Shown: positions 20,623 to 31,331, counted from the first letter of the stretch. The stretch is DNA of 64,000 bases from Marinicella sp. (GCA_965230295.1 OZ246001.1:3008001-3072000); one strand, 5' to 3'. Numbers and translations are program-made. Notes: a model not told the origin generated them from the sequence alone.

Positions 20623-22812
20623 ATGACTATTAAAGATTTACAACTCATCCACTTGGTTAATCAGTGTCTTGCAATGAATGATCGAAATCGTGTCGGACAA
20701 TTGATTCAGCAGGCCCCTAAACAAGCCGTACAATCTATCGGTTTTCAATACGCCCAGGGTATGTTAGCACTCTCAAGAAGTGATCATCATCAAGCGATTC
20801 AAAGCCTTAAGTCCATCAAACAATACTTTTTAGAAGATCACCAATTCCTTAATAACCTCGGACATGCCTTATTACAAGTAAAACAGTCAAATGATGCGTT
20901 GCTGTGTTTTGAAGAAGCTTTAGTTGTTCGACCTGATCATCAACAGATTCAGTACAACAGGGTTGCTGCGCTGATCGCCCTTGGTGAAGTGGAGAGTTCG
21001 GCTGATGCACTTAAACAGTTGCTTGAAAAAGATTCTCAAAATGCTCTATACCATTGTGCGCTGGCCGATGTCAACAGACTGTTGATGCGATACCAATCAG
21101 CCATCACTGGGTACCATAAAGCCATTGGTATTGATCCCAAAATGATTGCAGCACACAGTAACTTAAGTGTTTTATTGGTGGAGTTCGGGCAATATGATAA
21201 GGCTTTGAAGCATGCTGATAGGGCCCTCTTGTTAGCTCCTGAATTGATGTTAACCCATTTGAACAAAGGGAGGGTGTTGACGCGACTTGAGCGATTTGAA
21301 GAAGCCATGGTGTGTTTTGCAGATGGTTATGAAATTGAACAAAATTCGAGTACTTTGTGTGTTGAAATTGCCCACATGTGGCGGCTCAGCGGTGATTTGT
21401 TTGAAGCTGCTGATTGGTACCACAAAGCCTTGTCCCTGAATTCGGAATCTATTTCTGCCCAACTGGGTTTGGTTAAAATTCATCTGCACTCAGGTGAAAG
21501 TGAAAAAGCTTTACGAATGACAGCAGAATTGATGGCTAATAACCCAGACCATCATGAAATCATGCAAGCTCATGCCGATGCATTGTGGGATGAAGGTGAT
21601 GTTGAAACGGCACTATCTATCATCAACAATCTGACCGACCACTATCAACAAAATCCCAATGCCTTGAGTAAAGCAGCACAAATGATGGCCTCGTCTGGGT
21701 CGGTTGAAGAAAGTTATGAGTTGTATGAAAAGGCATTAGAATTGAATCCCAGATGCATTGCTGCATTGAATGGTTTAGCAGTCAAACAGGGCGGCCACTT
21801 CAATCATGATTTGGCAATGCGCATGAATGTCATGATCAACAACACACACATCAGACCTAATGGGCTGTCTTTATTACACAATGGTTTGGCCTATTATTTC
21901 CATGGAAACCAAGCCTATGAACAAGCGGCTTTTCACATGGCTGAAGCCAATGCCAATCAATGGAACAACATGAGTCGGCGCAATTGGGATTATGATTTGC
22001 ATCAACACCAAGCTCATATTCAAAACATCAAAAGCATATTCAGCCAAGAGTGGTTTGAGTCAGGGCTCTCTAGTGAAGTTGATAGTGAAGAACCCGTGTT
22101 TGTGGTATCTATGCCTCGATCTGGAACCACACTGACTGAGCAAATCTTATCCAGACACCCATTGGTGTTGGGCATAGGTGAGAGGAATTTTGTTAATAAA
22201 GCCATTCTCCAAATCAGCACAGGTTTTAATAATTGGCAGCAAGCCATACCTCACCTAAATCAAAAACAGCTGAATGAAGAGGCACAATCCTATCTGACTA
22301 AGTTGCATGCCATCAAGGCCCGTGATAACAAAGCTGAAGCCATCCGAGTAATTGATAAACTGCCTGACAATTACAGTAATTTAGGCTGGATTTTGGCCCT
22401 GTTTCCCAAAGCCAAAATCATTCATGTTAAACGCGACCCAAGAGATGTGGCACTGTCATGTTGGATGACGCAATTTGGCAAAATTCAATGGGCCAGTCGT
22501 TGGCCAGACTTATTAGATCGAATCCATCAATACCAATCCTTGATGCAGCATTGGCAAAGTGTAATTCCAGATCGTTTTATGGAAATCAACTATGAAGATT
22601 TAGTTCATGACCAAGAAAATATATCTAAACAAATGATCGAGTTTTTAGGATTGAAGTGGGATCCGGCTTGCCTCAGTTTTTATGATTCTGATCGCATTGT
22701 CAGAACTGCCAGCATCACGCAAGTTCGCAAGCCCATTTATCGGAAATCAGTCAACAAATGGAAGCATTATGAACCCTATATCAGTGAACTCAAAGACATC
22801 ATCTGCATCTAG
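20623..22812 (+). CDS. TPR-repeat PAPS-dependent sulfotransferase
   Basis: N-terminal TPR array; 5'-PSB VSMPRSGTTLTEQIL; IDKLPDN; 3'-PB HVKRDPRDVALSCW; TASITQVRKPIY. Confidence 0.92.
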   Translation: MTIKDLQLIHLVNQCLAMNDRNRVGQLIQQAPKQAVQSIGFQYAQGMLALSRSDHHQAIQSLKSIKQYFLEDHQFLNNLGHALLQVKQSNDALLCFEEALVVRPDHQQIQYNRVAALIALGEVESSADALKQLLEKDSQNALYHCALADVNRLLMRYQSAITGYHKAIGIDPKMIAAHSNLSVLLVEFGQYDKALKHADRALLLAPELMLTHLNKGRVLTRLERFEEAMVCFADGYEIEQNSSTLCVEIAHMWRLSGDLFEAADWYHKALSLNSESISAQLGLVKIHLHSGESEKALRMTAELMANNPDHHEIMQAHADALWDEGDVETALSIINNLTDHYQQNPNALSKAAQMMASSGSVEESYELYEKALELNPRCIAALNGLAVKQGGHFNHDLAMRMNVMINNTHIRPNGLSLLHNGLAYYFHGNQAYEQAAFHMAEANANQWNNMSRRNWDYDLHQHQAHIQNIKSIFSQEWFESGLSSEVDSEEPVFVVSMPRSGTTLTEQILSRHPLVLGIGERNFVNKAILQISTGFNNWQQAIPHLNQKQLNEEAQSYLTKLHAIKARDNKAEAIRVIDKLPDNYSNLGWILALFPKAKIIHVKRDPRDVALSCWMTQFGKIQWASRWPDLLDRIHQYQSLMQHWQSVIPDRFMEINYEDLVHDQENISKQMIEFLGLKWDPACLSFYDSDRIVRTASITQVRKPIYRKSVNKWKHYEPYISELKDIICI

Positions 22813-23347
22813 AAATTTTAATATTCATGTTATTTTATTTGATAGTCAATAGAAAGCCCTTGGCTCTTCATTCATTTTCGTTTCCGAAAAAAATGAAAGC
22901 GAACTCGGTGAAAACACCTCTCTATTTCGGATGAGCTACGGAATTCAAGTAAGGCTAATTGCCTTTCAGGTAACTACCACGCTTTCATTACCTGCGTTGA
23001 TCCAACTGATCACCGGTTCTCCAACGAGCTGACACGTATTGAATCTTATTTACTTAATTCGCTTAATTAGAAATAGGGCAACTCACAAACACAGCTTTGG
23101 CCATATGCAAGATGTAGTTTTATTTACTTCCTTCTTACATGAGTCGAACAATCTTGTCGGTAATTCACAATTGATTAATTTCTACATGAGTACAATATCT
23201 TGTGTTTAATTCATTAGAACAGTATGTTTCCCACTAGATTTTTGAATTCAGGACAAATCACCTTGATTCAACAATGACTAAACTCTATGAATTCTTAAAA
23301 TTTGAATAAAGGTTCAAACACAATCTCTTTTTTTTTCGGATAAAACA

Positions 23348-23375
23348 GTTAGGTATAAATCAGGGTTATGTCAGG
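23348..23375 (+). promoter_or_regulatory. 11-bp-period box
   Basis: GTTAGG 23348, ATCAGG 23359, GTCAGG 23370; TTTAAT at 23396-23401. Confidence 0.75.
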
Positions 23376-23428
23376 TTTTTTTCGTTCATTAGTCATTTAA
23401 TTAACCTGTTCAAAACCAAGGATTAATT

Positions 23429-25363
23429 ATGGCTAAATTTCATTATTTTTTAATACTTTTGTTCTCATGTTTCTCTTCATACGGGTCTTCCCTTTCTGGT
23501 ACGGTGACTGGAGATGGATTGCCGTTACAGGGTGCAACCGTTCATGCTCAAGACACGAATACATCGATTGAAGTAACTACTCAGACTGACATTAATGGTG
23601 ATTACACCATTCAATTATCACCAGGTACTTATGAAGTATGGGCTGATGCTCCTTCAAACGCCAATTACGGATCTTCTCCAACAGCAAACATTGTTCTTGG
23701 AACAGATCCAATTTTTTACGACATTTCTTTCATATCGCCTCCAAACCCGACTTACAACGTGAGTGGTTATGTTTTGGATCAACATGGTTTGCCTGTAACC
23801 ACAAGTCAATATCATCAAGTTACATTAGAGAATTCGGCCAATAGGTACACAATTGATGTCAACCCAGATGGGAGTTATTCAGGCGATGTCGAATCAGGCA
23901 CTTATGATGTAGAGATTTATTTCTCAGAAGACAATTCATCCTCCATGTCATACAGAGGCAGCCATGGTCAAATTACCATCTCCAACCACGATGTGATACA
24001 AGACTATATGCTAGAAATGTACACATTGGATGTCAGTGTGGTTGATACGAATGGACTTGCTGTACCAAACGCAGAAGTGTTTATTAATACATCACCATAC
24101 ATATTTGGAAATGATGACCATACTGATACAAATGGCCATTTGAGTTTGCATGCTTTGGCCCACAATAATTATAGTGTAATGGTATTTCCTCCAGTCAATT
24201 CTGGGCTGGCAAATGGAGGGGTGAGTTCTGTTGATGTGACCAATGATCAAACAGTTCAAGTAACTTTACAACCACTGCCTCAAAGATTTAATGTCAGTGG
24301 TTATGTTTTGGATCAACATGGTTTGCCTGTAACCACAAGTCAATATCATCAAGTTACATTAGAGAATTCGGCCAATAGGTACACAATCGATGTCAACCCA
24401 GATGGGAGTTATTCAGGCGATGTCGAATCAGGCACTTATGATGTAGAGATTTATTTCTCAGAAGACAATTCATCCTCCATGTCATACAGAGGCAGCCATG
24501 GTCAAATTACCATCTCCAACCACGATGTGATACAAGACTATATGCTAGAAATGTACACATTGGATGTCAGTGTGGTTGATACGAATGGACTTGCTGTACC
24601 AAACGCAGAAGTGTTTATTAATACATCACCATACATATTTGGAAATGATGACCATACTGATACAAATGGCCATTTGAGTTTGCATGCTTTGGCCCACAAT
24701 AATTATAGTGTAATGGTATTTCCTCCAGTCAATTCTGGGCTGGCAAATGGAGGGGTGAGTTCTGTTGATGTGACCAATGATCAAACAGTTCAAGTAACTT
24801 TACAACCACAGCCTCAAAGATTTAATGTCAGTGGTTATGTTTTGGATCAAGATGGTTTGCCAGTATCCAATGTAGTGGAATTATGGTTTGAGAATGTAAA
24901 TAGTAGCTACTTTATTAATACCAATCCAGATGGAAGTTACTCAGGAGATGTCGAACCAGGTACTTATGATGTAGAGATTTATTTCTCAGAAGACAATTCA
25001 TCCTCCATGTCATACAGAGGCAGCCATGGTCAAATTACCATCTCCAACCACGATGTGATACAAGACTATATGCTAGAAATGTACACATTGGATGTCAGTG
25101 TGGTTGATACGAATGGACTTGCTGTACCAAACGCAGAAGTGTTTATTAATACATCACCATACATATTTGGAAATGATGACCATACTGATACAAATGGCCA
25201 TTTGAGTTTGCGTGCTTTGGCCCACAATAATTATAGTGTAATGGTATTTCCTCCAGTCAATTCTGGGCTGGTTATTGGAGAATTGAATTCAGTTGATGTA
25301 ACCGGTGATCGAACTGTTCAGGTTATTTTGCAGCGAGTAATTATATTCAGTAGTGGGTTTTAA
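23429..25363 (+). CDS. Secreted carboxypeptidase-regulatory-like (beta-sandwich) repeat protein
   Basis: Signal peptide; GTVTGDG.PLQGATV..TDINGDYTIQLSPGTYEV; three 178-aa repeats; tail IIFSSGF. Confidence 0.85.
   Translation: MAKFHYFLILLFSCFSSYGSSLSGTVTGDGLPLQGATVHAQDTNTSIEVTTQTDINGDYTIQLSPGTYEVWADAPSNANYGSSPTANIVLGTDPIFYDISFISPPNPTYNVSGYVLDQHGLPVTTSQYHQVTLENSANRYTIDVNPDGSYSGDVESGTYDVEIYFSEDNSSSMSYRGSHGQITISNHDVIQDYMLEMYTLDVSVVDTNGLAVPNAEVFINTSPYIFGNDDHTDTNGHLSLHALAHNNYSVMVFPPVNSGLANGGVSSVDVTNDQTVQVTLQPLPQRFNVSGYVLDQHGLPVTTSQYHQVTLENSANRYTIDVNPDGSYSGDVESGTYDVEIYFSEDNSSSMSYRGSHGQITISNHDVIQDYMLEMYTLDVSVVDTNGLAVPNAEVFINTSPYIFGNDDHTDTNGHLSLHALAHNNYSVMVFPPVNSGLANGGVSSVDVTNDQTVQVTLQPQPQRFNVSGYVLDQDGLPVSNVVELWFENVNSSYFINTNPDGSYSGDVEPGTYDVEIYFSEDNSSSMSYRGSHGQITISNHDVIQDYMLEMYTLDVSVVDTNGLAVPNAEVFINTSPYIFGNDDHTDTNGHLSLRALAHNNYSVMVFPPVNSGLVIGELNSVDVTGDRTVQVILQRVIIFSSGF
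23762..25268 (+). repeat. Three ~534-bp near-identical intragenic tandem repeats
   Basis: Units start at 23762, 24296, 24830 (AGTGGTTATGTTTTGGATCAA). Confidence 0.9.
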
Positions 25364-25384
25364 TAACTATACATACAAACCTTT

Positions 25385-25419
25385 AATCAGTGCTGCTATA
25401 GACAGCGGCACTGATTTTT
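25385..25419 (+). terminator. Intrinsic terminator
   Basis: AATCAGTGCTGCT-atagac-AGCGGCACTGATT-TTT. Confidence 0.8.
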
Positions 25420-25832
25420 ACTTTTACATTATCGAGAAACTACTTCAAAAGAAGAATGAATGAGTGGTTTACTCAGATTTCGCTTTAAAAACTGTAGATA
25501 ATTCTTCTAATCCTTTGCATACCTTTTTTGATAATTGAAGTTTTTCAGGAAATCTCTTTGCTACCAATTATGCATGTGCTTATTTGTGACACTAAATTCG
25601 CCAATAATCATTAATATAGCATTTGCAATCAGAGTATCATGTTTGTGCAACAGATTAAATATTATTGAAGGTTTTTCAGAACTCATTTAAAAACTCTTGG
25701 TCTCTGGCTTAAAATGACAATGTATCATTTTCTTTACTGATTTTTTCTGTTCTTAGTATAATTTTTAAAGATCATTTAACCCTATTTATTTTTAAACACT
25801 AATTCACAATCACTTCTTTTTCGAATAAAACA

Positions 25833-25860
25833 GTTAGGTATAAATCAGGGGTATGTCAGG
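25833..25860 (+). promoter_or_regulatory. 11-bp-period box (duplicate of the 23348 promoter)
   Basis: GTTAGG 25833, ATCAGG 25844, GTCAGG 25855. Confidence 0.75.
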
Positions 25861-25913
25861 TTTTTTTCGTTCATTAGTCATTTAATTAACCTGTTGAAAA
25901 CCTGAGATTAATT

Positions 25914-28900
25914 ATGACTAAATTAAATTTTTTTCTATTACTGTTCCTTTTATCTTTTTCCGCAAATGGATCTACCATCTCTGGAACGGTGACTGGAGAT
26001 GGTTCGCCTTTGCAGGGTGCAACCATTCATGCTCAAGACACGAATACATCGATTGAAGTAACTACTCAGACTGACATAAATGGTGATTACACCATTCAAT
26101 TATCAGCTGGGACTTATGAAGTATGGGCTGATGCACCTACAAACACGAACTATGGCACGTCTCCAATTGACAGCATTGTCCTTGGAACAAACCCAGTTGC
26201 TTACAACATTGCATTTATTTCACCTCCAAATCCAACTTACAATGTCAGTGGCAATGTATTGGATCAAAATGGATCACCAATATCCAATGATGGAGGGTGG
26301 ATGAGGTTAGAGGGTTCAAATTCTAATAATAATTATAACATTGCTATAAATCCTGACGGGAGTTACTCAGGCGATGTAGAGCCAGATACTTATGGTGTGG
26401 GAATCCTTTTTCAAGAACCTATTCCATATTTTTCCTATCATAATGAAGAGCAGGGACAAATAACTGTTCCTAGTCAAAATGTGGTTCAAGATTATGTCAT
26501 CCCAATGAACACATTGGTAGTCAATGTGGTTGATTCAAATGGATTCCATATAGCAAATTCAAGTGTTGATATAGAAACTGAATCCCATATTTTTGTTAAC
26601 GAAGGTACCACTGATGCCAGTGGCCAAGTGAGCTTGCGTACTTTTGCTGATAACAACTACAAGGTTACCGTGAGTCCACCAATCAATTCGGGCCTGGTTT
26701 TTGCACATGTTAATTCTGTTGATGTAACCAGTGATCAATCGATTCAAGTTGTTTTGCAGCCACAAGCTCCAAGATTTAATGTCAGTGGCAATGTACTGGA
26801 TCAAAATGGATCACCAATATCCAATGATGGAGGGTGGATGAGGTTAGAGGGTTCAAATTCTAATAATAATTATAACATTGCTATAAATCCTGACGGGAGT
26901 TACTCAGGCGATGTAGAGCCAGATACTTATGGTGTGGGAATCCTTTTTCAAGAACCTATTCCATATTTTTCCTATCATAATGAAGAGCAGGGACAAATAA
27001 CTGTTCCTAGTCAAAATGTGGTTCAAGATTATGTCATCCCAATGAACACATTGGTAGTCAATGTGGTTGATTCAAATGGATTCCATATAGCAAATTCAAG
27101 CGTTGATATAGAAACTGAATCCCATATTTTTGTTAACGAAGGTACCACTGATGCCAGTGGCCAAGTGAGCTTGCGTGCTTTTGCTGATAATAACTACAGG
27201 GTTACGGTGAGTCCACCAATCAATTCGGGCCTGGTTTTTGCACATGTTAATTCTGTTGATGTAACCAGTGATCAATCGATTCAAGTTGTTTTGCAGCCAC
27301 AAGCTCCAAGATTTAATGTCAGTGGCAATGTACTGGATCAAAATGGATCACCAATATCCAATGATGGAGGGTGGATGAGGTTAGAGGGTTCAAATTCTAA
27401 TAATAATTATAACATTGCTATAAATCCTGACGGGAGTTACTCAGGCGATGTAGAGCCAGATACTTATGGTGTGGGAATCCTTTTTCAAGAACCTATTCCA
27501 TATTTTTCCTATCATAATGAAGAGCAGGGACAAATAACTGTTCCTAGTCAAAATGTGGTTCAAGATTATGTCATCCCAATGAACACATTGGTAGTCAATG
27601 TGGTTGATTCAAATGGATTCCATATAGCAAATTCAAGCGTTGATATAGAAACTGAATCCCATATTTTTGTTAACGAAGGTACCACTGATGCCAGTGGCCA
27701 AGTGAGCTTGCGTACTTTTGCTGATAACAACTACAAGGTTACCGTGAGTCCACCAATCAATTCGGGATTTGATTCTCAGTCAACAAATGGCAATGATTTC
27801 TCAAACGATTCTTTTTTTACCGCTGTATTGGTTTTGCCAGATATTTCAGCACCAACACTGTTGTCAGGCCCACATATAACTGATGTTTCACAATCCAGTG
27901 CAACTGTAGAATGGCAAACAGATGAACCGGCAGCAAGTATAGTAAACATCAATGGTACGACGTATTCAAATGGAAGTAATGATTACAGTACTTTGCACAA
28001 CATACTTGTTGATAATTTGCAGATCAACACTGAATATTCATTTGTTGTTGAATCTGAAGATCAATCAGGAAATACATTGGTCAGTAACACCGACAATTTC
28101 AGAACCAATGATGTTCAGGATATCCATTCACCTGTATTGACTTTTGGACCACAGGCCCATTCAATCAATCATGATCAGGTCATCATTGATTGGGAAACCA
28201 ATGAAGCAACTCATGGCATTGTCATGTATCGAGAAGAAGGAACCAATACTTGGCTGACAATCAATGATAACTCACTTGAATCCAATCATGAGGTGGTAGT
28301 TCCTGGCTTGTCATCGTCTACTCGCTATGAGTTTCAAGTATCTTCGAGTGATGCCCACCTTAACAGCCAAACCCTTTCTCAAGTTAAGACGTTTGAGACA
28401 ACTCAAAACCCTGAGTCAAATCCACCAGTCATTGTATCAGGTCCAGTACTTGTGAATTTAACCCATGATTCTGTTGCCATTGAATGGAAGACCAATGAAC
28501 CTGCCACTTCAGGGGTCTCATACAATGATGGTGTGTCTCATGGGGTTTATCAAAGCGATCATTTGGTCACCAACCATTTGGTTACTTTAAAAGGTCTTGA
28601 AGCAAGCACCCTTTACAATTTTGGTGTTTCGAGCACAGATGGCAATGGCAATGGACCTGTGTTGAGTCAAATGGATTCATTCACAACCCAAAGTCAATCA
28701 AACCCAGGTGTTCTTGATTTTGTCGGCTTACCCAAGGTGATCGGTGTGACAACAGATTCTGTGATTATCCAGGTCAGAACAACATTGCCTGCAGATTCAC
28801 TGTTAACCTTTGGTAGCAATGCCAACAGTTTGAATGACGGGGTACCGAAAACAGATCTACAAACCAGTCAATTGATACATTTGAACTCATTGAACCCAGG

Positions 28901-29843
28901 TGAAACATATTATTATCAAGTTCAATCAAGCAGTCCATCTGGTGATCAAATACAAACCAGCATTCTATCATTTGAAACACTCAGACAACCCAAGGTTCAA
29001 CCTCCATTGTTTACAGATGAGCCAAAGGTTGTTGGTCAAGACCAAGATAAATCAGTAATCAGCTGGAAAACAGATGTACCAACACGTTATGTGATCAACA
29101 GTCAATCCAATGGACAGGTCCAAAGGGTGGATCATGGTCATTTTGATAGAGAGCATACCTTTGTGTTGTCAGACCCGGGATTGAATGCGGTCGTTGACGT
29201 TGAAGTTGATGATGTCAATGGAAATCATTCGACCTATAACTTGAGTACAGCTGCTGGACTGTCGACTCCACAAACTCAGGCCACCATCCCGATTGTCGAT
29301 TACTTGAGCTCGGATAAAGCGGTGTTCAGTTGGGCTACAGCAAGTCCAGGTGACAGTCGTTTAGTCTTGAAACCGTGTGAGGCATGTGCTGAGAATCATT
29401 ATGGAAGTGTAGATATCACCAAAGACCACCAGGCCATGGTTTCAGGGTTATCTCCAGGGACAGCGTATGACGTTTATATCCGATCTAATGATGTGAATGG
29501 TGCAGAACTGGTGAATCAACAAATCCAGTTCACCACCGAACTTCAGGCAGATAAAACTAAACCAGTTATAACAGCTGTGCTGATTGAAGAGGTGCTTGGG
29601 TATGGTTCAAAGGTTTCTTGGTCAACTGATGAATTATCGACAGGTGAAGTCAGAATTCATACTGCTGATGGGGTTATTCAGCTGGGTCATATGGATGTGT
29701 CTCGCGAGCATGAAGTATATGTTTGGGTTGATTCGAATCTGATTAGTTTCATCGAAATTACTTCGATTGACTTAAGTGGTAATAAGCAAGATACATATAT
29801 AGGAGAAGATGCACCCATATTCAGGGATGGGTTTGATAATTAA
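25914..29843 (+). CDS. Large secreted protein: CarboxypepD_reg-like repeats plus fibronectin-III-like repeats
   Basis: Signal peptide; three 179-aa repeats; several W.T(D/N)EPA..H.V.L.GL...T.Y FN3-like units; tail PIFRDGFDN. Confidence 0.85.
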   Translation: MTKLNFFLLLFLLSFSANGSTISGTVTGDGSPLQGATIHAQDTNTSIEVTTQTDINGDYTIQLSAGTYEVWADAPTNTNYGTSPIDSIVLGTNPVAYNIAFISPPNPTYNVSGNVLDQNGSPISNDGGWMRLEGSNSNNNYNIAINPDGSYSGDVEPDTYGVGILFQEPIPYFSYHNEEQGQITVPSQNVVQDYVIPMNTLVVNVVDSNGFHIANSSVDIETESHIFVNEGTTDASGQVSLRTFADNNYKVTVSPPINSGLVFAHVNSVDVTSDQSIQVVLQPQAPRFNVSGNVLDQNGSPISNDGGWMRLEGSNSNNNYNIAINPDGSYSGDVEPDTYGVGILFQEPIPYFSYHNEEQGQITVPSQNVVQDYVIPMNTLVVNVVDSNGFHIANSSVDIETESHIFVNEGTTDASGQVSLRAFADNNYRVTVSPPINSGLVFAHVNSVDVTSDQSIQVVLQPQAPRFNVSGNVLDQNGSPISNDGGWMRLEGSNSNNNYNIAINPDGSYSGDVEPDTYGVGILFQEPIPYFSYHNEEQGQITVPSQNVVQDYVIPMNTLVVNVVDSNGFHIANSSVDIETESHIFVNEGTTDASGQVSLRTFADNNYKVTVSPPINSGFDSQSTNGNDFSNDSFFTAVLVLPDISAPTLLSGPHITDVSQSSATVEWQTDEPAASIVNINGTTYSNGSNDYSTLHNILVDNLQINTEYSFVVESEDQSGNTLVSNTDNFRTNDVQDIHSPVLTFGPQAHSINHDQVIIDWETNEATHGIVMYREEGTNTWLTINDNSLESNHEVVVPGLSSSTRYEFQVSSSDAHLNSQTLSQVKTFETTQNPESNPPVIVSGPVLVNLTHDSVAIEWKTNEPATSGVSYNDGVSHGVYQSDHLVTNHLVTLKGLEASTLYNFGVSSTDGNGNGPVLSQMDSFTTQSQSNPGVLDFVGLPKVIGVTTDSVIIQVRTTLPADSLLTFGSNANSLNDGVPKTDLQTSQLIHLNSLNPGETYYYQVQSSSPSGDQIQTSILSFETLRQPKVQPPLFTDEPKVVGQDQDKSVISWKTDVPTRYVINSQSNGQVQRVDHGHFDREHTFVLSDPGLNAVVDVEVDDVNGNHSTYNLSTAAGLSTPQTQATIPIVDYLSSDKAVFSWATASPGDSRLVLKPCEACAENHYGSVDITKDHQAMVSGLSPGTAYDVYIRSNDVNGAELVNQQIQFTTELQADKTKPVITAVLIEEVLGYGSKVSWSTDELSTGEVRIHTADGVIQLGHMDVSREHEVYVWVDSNLISFIEITSIDLSGNKQDTYIGEDAPIFRDGFDN
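26241..27766 (+). repeat. Three ~537-bp near-identical intragenic tandem repeats
   Basis: Units start at 26241, 26778, 27315 (AATGTCAGTGGCAATGTA). Confidence 0.9.
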
Positions 29844-29859
29844 TCTTAATATACATTTA

Positions 29860-29893
29860 ATCAGTGCTACTATGGACGGCAGCACTGATCTTC
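29860..29893 (+). terminator. Intrinsic terminator (paralogue of 25385)
   Basis: ATCAGTGCTACT-atggac-GGCAGCACTGAT. Confidence 0.65.
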
Positions 29894-30101
29894 TCATTAT
29901 TGAGCTAAATCTTCATATGATGATTTGTAGTAGTCCCGGCTTGATTAGACAGATCACCTGATTTAGTTCAAGATTTTGTCAGGGTCATATATTTGAGACG
30001 TTATCTGTCAAAATTCTTGCCAACACCAACCTTTTGATGAATTTAATTTAATAGCGTAATTTAAATTCAGGAAATGAACTGTTCTGCAAGATTGACCACA
30101 T

Positions 30102-30545
30102 TTAATAGATTGGATGAAGTCTTTCCTCTTCATTCTTTATGCGAACAATCAAAGCACTTTTTGCTAATTTGAGGTCATTGATGAATTCAATTTTAAGGAA
30201 ATTATTTTCATCGTATTCAGTGTCTAAATACTTACTCATTAATTTTCGAATGATTGTGTTTAACCTGAGTGTTTTTCTTTGTATGTCACAAACAGTATTT
30301 CTTTCTTTTGATCCCATTTTGAATTTATTTTTTAAGAAAGCATAAAGCTGTATATTTTCCTTGATAAAGTGTTTATATATCAAACTTCTTAAGTCCGAAA
30401 GGTGTGAAAGTGCTTTGGGCCAATTGTTAAATTGAGAAATTTCAACTTCTATGATGTCGAATAAATCGATCATTAAATCATGCTCATTATTTAGCTCTTT
30501 AAGTAAATTTGATTTATTATGGTTTTTTTTGTTCTTTTTTTTCAT
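30102..30545 (-). CDS. Hemerythrin-like (HHE) domain protein
   Basis: EH..MI, HFIKEN..LY, RIKNEEERLHPIY. ATG 30545 is consistent with the box/-10 spacing. Confidence 0.7.
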   Translation of the reverse strand: MKKKNKKNHNKSNLLKELNNEHDLMIDLFDIIEVEISQFNNWPKALSHLSDLRSLIYKHFIKENIQLYAFLKNKFKMGSKERNTVCDIQRKTLRLNTIIRKLMSKYLDTEYDENNFLKIEFINDLKLAKSALIVRIKNEEERLHPIY

Positions 30546-30599
30546 GTTCTTCAAAATTTTTAAATGTGGCAATATTTTGAAAAAATAATCAAATAGAGT

Positions 30600-30638
30600 A
30601 CTGACCGAACTCTGTTTTTTTGCTTATTTTGTTCTGAT
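30600..30638 (-). promoter_or_regulatory. 11-bp-period box (4 units)
   Basis: ACTGAC 30600, TCTGTT 30611, GCTTAT 30622, TCTGAT 30633; CAAAAT -10 at 30574-30579. Confidence 0.65.
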
Positions 30639-30710
30639 TTTATTGCTGGCTGAGTGAACCAATGTACATAGTGAACAATTTAAATATTCAGAAAAGATGA
30701 ATATTACATT

Positions 30711-30908
30711 TTAACTCACACAAATGGTTTTAATGACTTCTAATGTATCATCCATAGTATTGTCAAAGGGGTAGTCATCGTTTGAATTTAGGAAAAAGTC
30801 ATCATCGATTAAACTGTCATCAGGAAAAACATCTAAAGCATCGACCTCATCTGCTGGAGCCATTTGATCAAAGGAATAAACCATCTCATCGTTGGTATTA
30901 AGTTTCAT
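30711..30908 (-). CDS. Small highly acidic protein
   Basis: 65 aa, Asp-rich, no basic residues in the core; strong RBS GAGGTGA; directly downstream of an Hfq-like ORF. Confidence 0.65.
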   Translation of the reverse strand: MKLNTNDEMVYSFDQMAPADEVDALDVFPDDSLIDDDFFLNSNDDYPFDNTMDDTLEVIKTICVS

Positions 30909-30935
30909 ATATCACCTCATAAATATTTTGTTAGT

Positions 30936-31124
30936 TCAAAATTCAATTGTTTCAAAGCCTTTTATTTCACTGAGTAATAAAATAGATCTAAATGAAGATT
31001 CAGAATCCACAATCAATAAGTGATACATTACTTTTTTTAATTTGCAAATCGCTTGATCGCCATTTTTGAGAAACAACCTGATGGTTGCACCTTTATAAAA
31101 TTGGTTTAATAGTTGGGTTCTCAT
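30936..31124 (-). CDS. Small Hfq/Sm-like fold protein (paralogue 1)
   Basis: LLNQF..ATIRLFLKNGDQAICKL..HLLIV..SILLLSEIKGF parallels Hfq FLNAL..VSIYLVNGIKLQGQI..FVILL..MVYKHAISTV. GAGG RBS. 43/60 identical to 52267..52449. Confidence 0.6.
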   Translation of the reverse strand: MRTQLLNQFYKGATIRLFLKNGDQAICKLKKVMYHLLIVDSESSFRSILLLSEIKGFETIEF

Positions 31125-31185
31125 GTCATACCTCTACTTGGTTATTAAAACATGATCCCAGTTTATGTAGAAAGATGAAATTTGC

Positions 31186-31213
31186 CCTGATCAGAATCAA
31201 ATTAATTTCTGTT
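31186..31213 (-). promoter_or_regulatory. 11-bp-period box
   Basis: CCTGAT 31186, TCTGTT 31208; TAAACT -10 at 31160-31165 (same layout as 52510). Confidence 0.6.
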
Positions 31214-31331
31214 TTTTTTATTAAAAAACTAAAAAAAATATGAAAAAAACATGAAAAACCACTAAATTCCAACGCTATGAACATAATGTCTAAATTTAAC
31301 GTGCAATTCAATCAACAAACTACAAATTGCT

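Noticed and set aside
22860-23040. GC-richer intergenic patch (also 5480-5560 and 44260-44340) as IS scars
   Set aside because: No terminal repeats or transposase motifs could be identified.
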